A DNA stretch of 64,000 nt from Bilabrum cf. latius (lineage: Eukaryota). The stretch covers positions 496,001 through 560,000 of the forward strand of contig OZ237773.1 in NCBI GenBank assembly GCA_965178125.1. Direction: 5' to 3'. The translations under genes were made by a program, and so were the position numbers. Position 1 is the stretch's first letter. Each line of letters opens with the position of its first letter. Under the pieces are notes generated by a model that worked only from the letters and a program-made list of their open reading frames with translations, was not told where the DNA came from and searched no databases. Shown here in pieces: positions 49,977-61,530 of the stretch.

Positions 49977-52900
49977 ATGGACTTCGGTGCAGCAGGAATA
50001 ATCGCTTTGCTGGATGAAGAGGACGAGCAGCTCCAGGTAAGAACGCGATTCAAGTTGGAGCCGGGCGTGGCACTTGTTTTTACCGGACATGGTCGCATGC
50101 GCGTAGCCGATCCCAGCAGTTCATAAATCATTTACTACGGTCTGTCTCCGTGGTTTCATGAATCTGGAAATGTCGCAGGTGTTTGCACTGCGCAAGCTAG
50201 CAACGGTGATCGACCGTCATTGGGCCGAGGTATCCGATTGCCTCCTGCAGATTGAGGAACTGAGCGAGACGGACGGATTTGATGGAAAGCAAATTGCTGC
50301 TTTTGTGGCGTCGAAGTGCCACTTCCACCTGGAGCAGTACGAGGACGCCTTGCGGTTCGCGCTGGAATCCGGCAATCATTTTGACGTGGCAGTCAAGGGC
50401 GATGAGTTTGTCGACTGCATGGTCGCCCAAGCCATAGATTAGTACGCTACCCTCAGAAAAGCGGCTGCATCGGATCCTGATGATGCTGCCCCAATCGACG
50501 CCTCGCTCGAGCGAGTGGTCAACAGCATGTTTGAGCGATGCCTGTCCGATGCTGCCTTCGAGCAGGCGGTCGGCATGGCGATCGAGTGCCACCGCCTCGA
50601 TATCATTAAGGACGCCGTGACTCGGGCTGCCGCCGGAGACACCCGCGCGAGCCAGGAGCGGGCGGAGGCGCTGCTGCGGTACTCGTTCGACCTCTCCCAG
50701 AGCAAGGTGCCTGGCCGGGCTTTCAGGCAGCAGATCGTGGAGGCTATCACGGAGCTGCACCGCGCACAGGCCTCGGTGGACCACCTGGCCCTGGTGCGGT
50801 GCCTGGAGGCCCTCGGGGATGCCGACGGGATCGCAGCCCTGCTGGTTGGGCTGCTGGGGGCCCCTGAGGAGGACGAGCGGGCGCACCTGGTGGCCTACCA
50901 GATCTGCTTCGACCTGGTGGAGGACGGAGACCAGCGGGTGCTGGCTGCGGTCAGGGGCGCGCTCCCCGACAAGCAGGGGACCCAGGGGGGTGGGGATGGA
51001 TCCGCTGGTGGAGAGGGCGAGGAGGGGGGTGCTGCGGCCGACGGGGGTGCGGAGGGGGAGGCAGCGGGGGATGCAGCAGCAGGAGATGGGGCGGAGCCTT
51101 CGGCTGCAGTGGCTCGCGCGACGGAGGGGGTAGACCTGCCCGCTGATAGCAAGGCGCCCGTGTATGACCGCTTCCGGTAGGCGAGGTCGATCCTGAGCGG
51201 CATCGAGTCGCTGCGGCTGCACCTGCACGTGCTGCACAAGCTCAACAACGCGGACCCGCTGGTGCTGCAGCGCATCAAGCAGGCTCAGGAGAGGTTCAAC
51301 CCTGTCACGCACCAGGCGTCCTTCGGGGCACACGCGATCATGTACTGCGGGACCACCTCGGATAGGTTTCTCCGGGAGAACGTGGCGTGGATGGGCAAGG
51401 CATCCAACTGGAGCAAGTTCGCCGTGGTGGCCGGCATGGGGGTGGTGCACAAGGGAAACGTCGAGTCGGCCCTCACCGTGTACGAGCCATACCTCCCCAA
51501 CCCCGCGCGGGGGGGAGCCTCCAATCCGTACGAAGCAGGCGGTGCCATGTATGGCCTGGGTCTAATCTTCGCCAACTGCGGCGGGACGGGCGTGGGAGGC
51601 ACCAAGCAGAGGCTGCTGCAGGAGCTAAACAGCAGCGTGCACACGATGCAGATGCAGGCGTCCCATGGAGGCGACGCACCGGGAATGCAGAACGGCGGGC
51701 TGCCTGGACATGTGAGAGATACGCGCACTGACTCTAACTTTCGCAGGTTTGGTTAATCGTGCTTGTCATGGCTTTGGTGTGGATTGCCCCGTGACGATTT
51801 CCCGTTTGGGACGATTGCATTGCCGAAGGCCCCTCGGGGCCTGCTGCGGATCTTCTCACTGACGTCTTCTGAGGGTTGTTTGTGCTGCTCGCGAGCTCGT
51901 TGGTCACTTGAATGCGTTGTGGATTGCCCCGTGACGATTTCCCGTTTGGGACGATTGCATTGCCGAAGGCCCCTCGGGGCCTGCTGCGGATCTTCTCACT
52001 GACGTCTTCTGAGGGTTGTTTGTGCTGCTCGCGAGCTCGTTGGTCACTTGAATGCGTTGTGGATTACCCCGTGACGATTTCCCGTTTGGGACGATTGCAT
52101 TGCCGAAGGCCCCTCGGGGCCTGCTGCGGATCTTCTCACTGACGTCTTCTGAGGGTTGTGTGTGCTGCTCGCGAGCCGTTCGATTCCGCTTTGATTCCGC
52201 TTTGCCGGTAATCATGTATTATGTCCCTTATTCTCCTGCTTCCATCTCGCAGCAAGTTGCCCACGGTGCCTGCCTGGGCCTGGGTCTGGCGTGCATGGGC
52301 ACGGGCGATGCCGAGTCTCTCGAGTCCTTGCTGGCAGTTGCCAAGATGGAGTCTGCCACCGCAGGGGAGGCAGCCGGATACTCGATGGGGTTGCTGCTGG
52401 CCGGCAGCGGCATGTCGAGAGACCTGACTGGGCATGATGCTGGGGCTGGTGAGCCCACGGCTCGCGAGACTCTGTTAGATCTGGCGCAGCGCACGAGCCA
52501 CGAGAAGGTAACCCGCGGGCTGGCAGTGGGCCTGGCCCTCTCTTGCTACGGCCGGGAGGACGAGGCAGATGCCTTCTTGGAGCAGATGACCTCGCACAAG
52601 GACCCCATGATCCGGTACGGAGGCATGCTTGCCGTGGCTATCGCGTACAGCGGCACGGCAGACCGCACGCGCGTCAAGCAGTTGCTGCACGTGGCTGTCA
52701 GCGACGTGTCGGACCAAGTCAGGCGAGCCGCCGTGATCGGCCTCGGGTTCTTGCTGTGCAGGCAGCCCGAGCAGCTGCCGCCTCTGGTCGCTCTGCTCGC
52801 GGAGTCGTTCAACCCCCACGTCAGGTACGGTGCCGCCATGGCCACTGGGATCGCGTGCGCCGCCACAGGCATGCCTCAGGCCATGGCCCTGCTGCAGCCC

Positions 52901-54224
52901 CTGCTAGACGACAGCGTTGATTTCGTGCGTCAGGGCGCCTACATCGCAGGTGCCATGGTGCTGCAGCAGGAGAGCGAGGCGCGCACCCCGCAGGTGAAGG
53001 CATTCCGCGCTAAGATCGCCAAGGTATCTGCAGATGCAAGGTTGCACCCCACCATGGCGCGCGTGGGTGCTATCCTTGCTTCAGGTATCATCGACGCAGG
53101 AGGCAGGAACGCCTGTGTTGGACTTCGGTAAGTCGCTGTGGCCTGACATGTGGCTCTGCCGCAGTTCGCCTGTCCATAGCTTGCGATTGCATGGCTGGGT
53201 TCATCCCTTGGTGCTGCCTTCCGCTCTCAAGATCCCCATCGCTGCTTTTGCTTCTTCCCTCGCTCGCAGTTCTAGGGCGGGTTTCCAGCGCATGCCGGCC
53301 GTGCTGGGCATGGCGCTGTTCGTGCAGTACTGGTACTGGCTGCCGCTGACCCACTGCCTCTCTCTGGCCGTGCACCCCACGGCCCTCGTGGGGCTGCACA
53401 AGTCCCTCAAGATCCCCAAGTCCTTCCAGGCAGAGTGCCTCTGCAAGCCTTCGCTCTTCGCATACCCCGAGCCCCTGCACGTGAAGAAGGAGGCCGAGGA
53501 CAAAAAGGTGGAGGTCGTGGAGCTCTCTACCTCGGCCAAGGCCAGGGACAGGGCCAGGCGGAGGGCGCAGCGGAAGAACAGGGACGGGGCCGGCTCGGAG
53601 ATATCCACCCCCTCGGGCAAGGGCAGGGCCCCCTCGGCGCTGACCCCGCTGTCGGACTCGGGGCGGGGTGCCTCGGGGCAGTCGCAGGGGGACGAGGGGG
53701 GTGCAGCGCAGGGTGGTGCTTCGCCTATGAAAGGGGGTGACGAGGACGAGGGAACAGGCGCTGCCGCTGGTGCGGGGGCCGGGGACGAGGGCGAGGACGG
53801 GAAGGGGTCATCAAAGGGCAAGCAGGGAGGCAAGGACAAGAGCGGGAAGGAGGAGGCCCGGTCCTTTGCGCTGACCAACCCCAGTCGTGTGACGTTGCCG
53901 CAGCAGCGCTTCGTGCGTTTCTCGCAGAAGGGCAGGTGGGTGCCGGTGCGCAAGGACGCTTCTCTCAACCTGGGCGCCGTAATGCTGATGGACCAGGGCA
54001 AGGCGGCGGCCGGGACGGGTGCTGCGGCTGCAAGCGACGGCTCCGCCAAGATGGAGGACGGGGCCGATGCGACCGCAGCTGCTTCTGGGAGCGGGAAGGT
54101 GGAGGAGGAGGAGGACGACGATCTCGAGGAGGTGCACGTCCCGCGGCCGGGCGAGGAGGAGGAGAAGGACTACGAGGCACCAGCGGAGTTCGTGTGGGTG
54201 GTTGGTGACTACGTTGACTTCTAA
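49977..54224 (+). CDS. PSMD1: 26S proteasome subunit Rpn2; exons 49977-50036, 50179-51711, 52253-53127, 53270-54224
   Basis: AAGIIALLDE, GTTSDRFLREN..W..KASNWSKF, LLHVAVSDVSDQVRRAAV, ESFNPHVRYG, QYWYWLPL. TAGs at 50440 and 51178; ends TAA. Confidence 0.96.
51778..52176 (+). repeat. Intronic tandem repeat, 140-bp unit x ~2.9, candidate box C/D snoRNA array
   Basis: Period 140 (51781, 51921, 52061). Each unit has GTGACGA...CTGA with short complementary flanks. The repeat is certain; the snoRNA call is tentative. Confidence 0.9.
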
Positions 54225-54381
54225 GTGGCTTGATCATCATCGTTGGATTCACTTCGAGTGTCTGTGACGTGGCAGGAACAATCAATGCGCGGCGCCGTGC
54301 TCCGAATCGTGTGGCCGAACGATCGCCTAGTGCGTTAGTACCACTGCACACACTGCGTACTATCACAGCCTGCAGACACCC

Positions 54382-55655
54382 ATGCTCCCACGTAGAGTTG
54401 TAAGGCGCGGTCTATCAAGATGTGCTGCGTTGTCGAGGGGCTTTCATGAGAACGCTAGCGGCACAGGGCACGCGAAAAAGATTTGCGTGTTTGGCAGTGG
54501 ATCTTTTGGCACTGCGCTTGGCTCGGTCCTGGCTAGACAGGGAAATCACGTAGTATTGCTTACTAGGCGAGAAGAAGTTAGCGATCATATTAAGAAGCAC
54601 CACCGGAATCCCTCATACCTCTCACGTGAGATCTAACCCTAACCCTTACACCTGTAAACCGGCGCGGACGGTGGATCCGACACTCAGCAACTATACACAT
54701 GCTCTCGATATTAATACGTCGTCGAGTCCATTCTAGTCTAATTAACTTGCATTCTGCCCGTGCATTCCCTGCGTGGTTCCAACTCGCAGAGTACCCGCTC
54801 CCCTACAATTTGACAGCGACCACAGATCCAGAAAAGGCGATCAGCAAAGCATCAGCAATCGTGCATTGCGTCCCGGTACAGTCAAGCTTTGAATACATGC
54901 AGGATTTGAAGACCATTCTGCCGGCAGACGTGCCGATCATCAACACCAGCAAGGGGCTTCACACAAACAAGCTCCAGCTTATGACAGAATTAATCCCAGA
55001 GGCACTGGGAAGAGATCAGCCATTAGTCTGTGCGTCCGGACCCTCATTTGCGCGCGAGCTGATGGAAGGCTGGCCAACTGGCCTTGTTTTCGCGTCCACG
55101 GACGAGCAGCTGGCCCGCGAGTCGGCCTCCCTGTTCAGCTCGCAGGTCGTACGCACGTGGACCACCACGGACGTCGTCGGTGTGCAGCTTGGAGGTGCGC
55201 TAAAGAACGTGTACGCGATTGCCTCCGGCGTGCTGGAGGGCCTGGGCCTCGGCCTCAACACCACGACGCTGCTGGTGACACGGGCTGTGGCGGAGACGAA
55301 TCGTCTGGCGACAGCCATGGGGTCTACCGAGCCCACGCTGGTGGGACTTGCGGGCATCGGAGATCTTATGCTGACTGCCTTCGGGTCTCTCTCCCGCAAC
55401 AGGACGGTGGGAGTGCGTCTGGGCCGCGGGGAGACCCTAGCGGAGATTATGGAGACGACCAATGAAGCGGCGGAGGGAGTGGCCACCACCCCGGCGGCGC
55501 TCGCCATCGCCCGGTCCCATGGGATCGATGTGCCCATCATCGAGGCCGTGGATGCATTGCTGAAAGAGGAGACCACCCCAGTTGATGCGCTGCTGAGTCT
55601 CATGGGCAACGCCGAGGACCCGCAGCAAGTCAACCCCGAGAAGATCCTCTCATGA
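54382..55655 (+). CDS. NAD(P)-dependent glycerol-3-phosphate dehydrogenase (GpsA-like); exons 54382-54625 and 54790-55655
   Basis: GSGSFGTAL, TSKG, SGPSFA, GGALKNVYAI, GIGDLMLT, SRNRTVG; Arg-rich presequence-like N-terminus. No TAG; ends TGA. Confidence 0.93.
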
Positions 55656-55762
55656 ATGACCAACTGACCGCCCGACCGATAGTGGAAGGCGACACCTGGA
55701 TTCGACATGATTCCAAATACGCTGCTCACATGACAATTTTAGTCGCACGAAATCACATACAC

Positions 55763-58700
55763 TCAGTCGCCGCGCCCCTAGTCACCCTCCCTCTCCCTCT
55801 CCCTCCCCGCCTCCTACTGCGCATCCACCGTGCCCCCACGAGCCCTCCGCCGATCCCCCTGATCCCTTGCTGCCCTCCCCCTCCCGCCGCCGCGCTCCTC
55901 CGCGACAGCCTGCACCTCCTGCTCGGCTCTCTGGATGCGTCTCCTCCCAGCCCGAGCCAGCGCCCGCAGGCCCATCAGCACTAGCAGCCCCGCTGCAATC
56001 CACGCGATTGCGTGCTGCTCCGCCCGGCGCACCTCCCGCGGCCAATCCAGTCCGCGCCCCACTGCCTCGCTCCTCCCAGCCCCCGCCTCAGGGCCTGCCA
56101 GGCGGTCCGTGACCCACTCCGCAGCCCCCGCCACACCCTCCACCACCGCCGCCAGCCCCCTGGCCCCTGCCCTCCACCCCGAGCGAAGGTCCCTGTGCAA
56201 GCCCCCAGGCGGCCTCCTCGCAGCCTGCCGCAAAGAGGCACCCACAGAGGCAGCCAGGCGGGCCAAGGACCCCGCGTCCTTTGCCTATAGCTCAAGAGGG
56301 CGCCTCCTCCTCGCTGCCCTCCTCCGACGGTCCCCACGACTGCCCCCAGACTCCCCATCCGTGCCACCCGCCCCGCCACCCACAGCACTCGATTTGCCAC
56401 TCCCGCCTTCTTCTCCACCCATTCCACTGCCTCCATTCCCAGCCGCACCAGCCCGTCCAGCCTCCTTCGCGCGAGTCTCCGCGGCCCTTGTGGCCAGCTG
56501 CCGGGCAGCGGGCGAGTCGGCAATTCCAGACGCCCGAGCCAGCCACCTCAACCCGCCCTCTACCCCTCCCCAGGCCCAGGCTGTAAGTGAGGACCGATCA
56601 GCCACACTGTGCTTGCCGACTGCCGCCTTGGCGCCATCCAGGTCGATCTCGTGCACCCACGCGCGGAACTTCAGCCATGTGGCAGCTGCGCGCGCGGGCA
56701 GTGCGGCTGGGTGCGAGGTCATGAGGCCCCCGAATGCGCGGTCTAGAGGAGTCACTGCCTTCCCGCGGCCCCTGCCAGAGAGTGCGGCGGCGGCGTGGTG
56801 TGCCCCCGAGATGGCCTCTGCTGCAGCCGCGCTCTCGTCGTAGAGCCGCTTGGCCAGGTGCCAGTCGGGCCTGGGCTGCTCTTTGCCCAGCCCGTCCTGC
56901 AAGCCCAGCTCGTGCAGCCGCCCCAGTTCCCAGAGAGCCCTTGGCCCCCTCCGAGCCGCTGCCGCCCTCCACCGGCGGGGTGACTCTGCTCCCGCCACGT
57001 GCAAACCAGCCACGCCGGCCTCCGAGAAAGCGGCTGCCAGCACCTCGAGGCTCTGGTTCGGAAGACCGTCGGCACCCGATGATGTTTGTCCTGACCCAGA
57101 CGACCCAGATCCCGCCCCGGCAGCCTGCGAGAGAGCCAGCAGTGCCTTGGACTCGGCGCTCTCCGCAGCGATGACCAGCACCTCGTGAAGAGGAAAGGCA
57201 TGCCCGCCCTCGCCGCCCCGCGCCTCGTGTATCGCAAACTCGGCCGCCTCAGCGCCCGCCACTCCCCACAGCAGCAGCAGGTGCAGGTCGTCCAGAGGGT
57301 CGCCCTCCTGGCCCACGCCCGCGCCTGCCTCCCGCACTGTCGCGGCGTCCATGCCCACGAGAGCAGCAAGATGCACCGCCAGTGCTTGCCCAGTCCCCTG
57401 CCGCTGATGCCCTGCCACATTCAGCAGCTCACTTGATTCATACAAAGCCCCTACCACGCGGTCAGAGGACGGGGGCGGCAGCGCCGGGACTTCGCAGTGA
57501 AGCCGCCCGCACACGAGTCGCACGGGCATGGGTTCTGGGCTGCTGGCCCCTTCTCTCAGTCCCAGAGCTGTGCCAACGTGCGAGCCAGGGAGCCCCGGCA
57601 CGCGGGCTGCCGCCAGGTCAAGCCCGAGGCCCCGCCAGACCATTGCCAGCCAGTGCCCCCCCTTCGCTAGTGACCGCAGCAAGGGGGTGCTAGGGGGCCC
57701 GGATGCATCTGACACCAGCATCTGCCCGGCCTCATCGCTCATCCGGCGGATCAGCTTGCCCACCTGCCCGGCCAGCAAGCCCGTGTTCCACACCGCTGCA
57801 TCGTACTCGGCGCCCTCGCCCCATGGGCCGCCCAGCACCACGTCACCCTCGGCCCGCTGGCCCTCCCCGCCCCCACTTGAGTCCGCCTCTAGCGCGATTG
57901 CGCCGTGCGCGGCTATGCCCATGCTGCCCTGCGAGCCGGCAGCCAGGGTGCCCCGTGACCACGCCAGCAGAGCCAGCACGGGCTGCCCAGCGGCCAACCG
58001 CCGGACGCCCTCCCTCGCTGCCAGCGCAAAGTCACCTCGTCTGGCCACTGCAGCCAGTAGCGTGGTCGACCCGACGCACGTGGGCACTGGTGCATTGGCT
58101 GACGGCTCCCCGATGCCCCTGAGTCGCAGCTGTGCCAGTGCATGCAGTGCAGATAGACTGCCCCTGGAGGCAGCAGAGGCCCATGCCTCCTTGGCTGCCT
58201 GCAGGTGCAGCCTGCCCCTGTGGTGGTCGGGCACTAGCACCAACCGCTTCCTCTCCTGCAACAGCTCGGCCAGCTCCAGGTCCATCTCTTCATCCACAGC
58301 AACAGAATCATCGTGCTCCTCTCCCACCTCTCTGCTCTCCCGCATCGCTTGCAAGGCTGGAATCTACTCCATGTGGACCAGCACCTCCAGCAGGCGCTCT
58401 GTCCACGGCCCCTTCACGACATCGCCCAACGTGATCGGCGCATCAGCCCCCTTGCGCTTCGAGCCACCGGTGGATTTTCCTGTTGCAGAGACAGGGGCTG
58501 CCTGCCGCCCAACGCTCCCGCTGGCCAGCATGTGGCCCAGCATCGTGAGTGCCTCAGAGCTGCCCTGCGAAGCGGCGAATCGCAGCAGTTCCATACCACG
58601 GTCCTTGTCTGGCCTAAGGAGCCAAGACCCTTCCACAACTCCATCGATGCCACGCACCCAGATGCCGTGCATCCTGGCCTAGCCGAGCGCGGATGCTGCT

Positions 58701-61279
58701 CCAGCCTCGCCTCGGACTGCAGCCGCAGCCAGCATCTGCAGTCCCGATGCAGCCTCTATCAGGCGATCTTCTCTGGCCCGCTCCTGCCCGACCACACCCT
58801 CCCCAGGGCCTGGCGTCACATCGCCTGCGTTCACTTGCCAGTAGTCCCGGCGGAACTCTGCCATGCCATCCCGGCCCACCCATCCACCGAGCCATTCGCT
58901 GTACGCCCGAACGCCACCATGCTCACAAGCTGTATCTCCTCTGCAATCACTGGTCTCGCTTTCATCTCCATCGTCAGCCGTCTCCGACCAAGCCCAGGCA
59001 TGCCGAGAAGCAGCATCTCCCCACTGCTGCACATCCGAAGCCCTGCCCACAGTGATCCAGCTCCCGGGTCGGCTCAACAAAACAGCCTCCGATTGCCCTG
59101 CACCCTCTGGATGATGACCGGTGCCCGTCTCTGCGCCCCAATTCCCCCTCGCGCCTGATTGCACGCCGGCAAGCGCCAGCCGGCCAGCTAGCCCGAGGGC
59201 GCCTGCAAACTTGCGTCGCAGCTGCCTGGCCATATTGACGTCCTCTGACTCGTCCTGTCCCTGGGAGCCCCCTGCATTCTTGCGCTTCCTCTGACTGCCG
59301 CCGTCGTTCTGGCCCTGCCCCTCCTCTTCAGCATCCCCACCAGCATGGGCCAGCTCGTCAAAGTGCACCTCTCCGCCCGCGCCCTCCAGCGACTCGATCA
59401 CATCGCTCGCAGAATGGTGCTCCTCCAACGCCCCGCCCCCGTCTGCGTCCATCATACCAATCGTTGCCTGCAGGGCAGCCTCGTAGGCGCCCACCAGCGC
59501 CGTCCATCCCCCCTGCGGCCCCTGCGCCACGCCATGCATGAGCCTCCTGCCCGCCAGCTCCAGCGATACAGAGGGGTCGCTCAGCATGGAGTGCTCCAGG
59601 AACTCCATCTGTGTGTTCTCTTGGTCCAGCAGTCCCTGGGCCTGGCCCACGAGACCCATCCAGTGGCCCGTCTCCAGCTGGTCAGACTGCTGCGGAGAGG
59701 CCAGCCGGAACCTGGAGGCATACCCCACTGCCCGCATTGGCATGTCCAAAGGCGCACTGGCCCGCATGGCCCGCAGCACTGCGCTTGAGGCGCGCTCCAG
59801 GTGAGCCGAGGCAGCCGCGCACCTGGCGATCCGGGGGGCCTGGCTCCACGGTGAGGCGGGGAGGAGGGTGGCGGCAGAGTTAGGTGAAGAGCTCGGCTGC
59901 TCGGCGGCAGGGGAACTCACCATGTCTGCTTGAGCCAGGCCCAGGGCCAGCGTGGCTGCGACGGAGAAGGACGAGACTGAATCAACCTGGTGTCCTGCTT
60001 TATTTGGTTCCGAGTCCTTTGAGCCGGCTGCCCCCTTTTGGTCATGGCCGTGGTCATACGCAAGACCGGGCAAGGGGGCCAAGCCCCGGCCCGCCGCCGC
60101 AAAGGACAGCAAGCTGGCGGCCTTGCCCGGGTTCCTCCGCACGCCTAGTATGCCCTATGAGTACATGCCCGCCACAGTGGCCTGAGCATGCGGGTCGCCC
60201 AGAGCCGCCGCCCTCCGCCAGTGCAGAGCCGCGAGAGGTGCCGAGGGGAGCAGAGCCACGGGGCAGGAGGCACTGCCCGGGGGGGAGGACCTGCCTGACG
60301 GATCGGGGGCCCGGGGGAGCAGTGCCTCCAGGTGCGACCATCGGCCGGGGCTGTTTGCATACTCTTGCACCAGCGGTGCCTCCGCCCCCGGGCTACTATC
60401 CCCTTGAATGCTCTGTGGGTCAGTGCCCTGCATGGATCGGGAGGGCAGCAGCATCCAATGCTTGCCACTGCCAGTGGACGAGGACGCGGCGCCGTCTGAT
60501 GGATCATGCCGTGGCTTGATATTCTTCGTAAGCTGTACAGAGGTGAGCGAAATGCCTCCCGCTTGCCACAGCTTGCCTCCCAGTTGGTAGGGCTCGCACG
60601 CCTCGCCCAGCCCCACTCCGTGCTCGTACGCCTTGGCGAGGATCGCATGGCCGGCGGCTGCGATCATGGACACGCTCGGATCGTGCGTCTACGATGCGCC
60701 TCCGCAGTCACCTACGCTCTCGCAGTGAGCCTCAAAGTCCGCTTCGGTGGCCAGAACCACTGCCGCTGTGTATGCGAGCGCCGCTCGTACGGATGGAGAC
60801 CGAGACACCGACGTGACGACCAATGCGCGTTGGTCGCCCAGGAGACTATGTAGGTCATTGATGCTAGAAAGTGCGCCAGTGGATGCGTTTTGCGCAATCT
60901 TTGACAGCACCCGCCTTGCTACATCGGCTGCAACAGCAGGCTGAGGCCCCGGAACCCGACGTTCCATCCAGCTGCCCGGGCCTAATACTCCGCTCGAATC
61001 CTCTCCAAAGGCATAGCCAGATGCGGCTGTCAATGATCTTTCTGAGGCAGCTAGCAGGGCAGCCGCTGCTGGCACCCGAATCACTGTTGGATTGCTTCGA
61101 CACGGGTGGTGCAACGTGGCCATGGCACGAGATTCACCGGTACCTCCACCAAGGCCCTCACCTGGCAAACACCCCATCACAAGAGCGTCTCGCAACTCAT
61201 AATTATGATTTGGCTGAGCCGCGGTCGAAAAGAAACCGCATCCCCCTAGGATCGCTAGCACGACGTACCAGGCCCTCAT
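55763..61279 (-). CDS. SEL1-repeat membrane protein, SEL1L/Hrd3-like, 1838 aa
   Basis: Signal peptide, SEL1 repeats (WRRAAALGDPHAQ; FAASQGSSEALTMLG), DWHLAKRLYD motif, C-terminal TM. One frame through TAGs at 60689, 60155, 58679, 58364, 56285, 55814 and 55778; ends TGA. Confidence 0.78.
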
Positions 61280-61530
61280 TGCTTCGGGATAGCCCGGAAG
61301 ACTAGGTTCGTTCGAATTCGAATACGAGCTACTGGTAATCCAGCGCTATAATTGGAGTTTAAAGAGTACCTGCTGGCAGTTCCAACGCGGCGAAAATGCC
61401 TTGGCTGAGCCTGATGACGCAGGGACCGGCAAAATCTGGGGGCTGGCCGCCTTTGAGCGGCTGTGACGATTAGGATCCGCAGGCATCCAGACCAGACGGA
61501 CTGACGGACTGATCAGATCGACTGAGCAAT

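Noticed and set aside
35683-52176. The 44-bp and 140-bp arrays as CRISPR arrays
   Set aside because: Units are contiguous with no unique spacers, there are no cas genes, and the context is eukaryotic.
54633-54646. Telomere-like ctaaccctaaccct in the G3PDH intron (similar at ~3213)
   Set aside because: Only about two units, compatible with chance.
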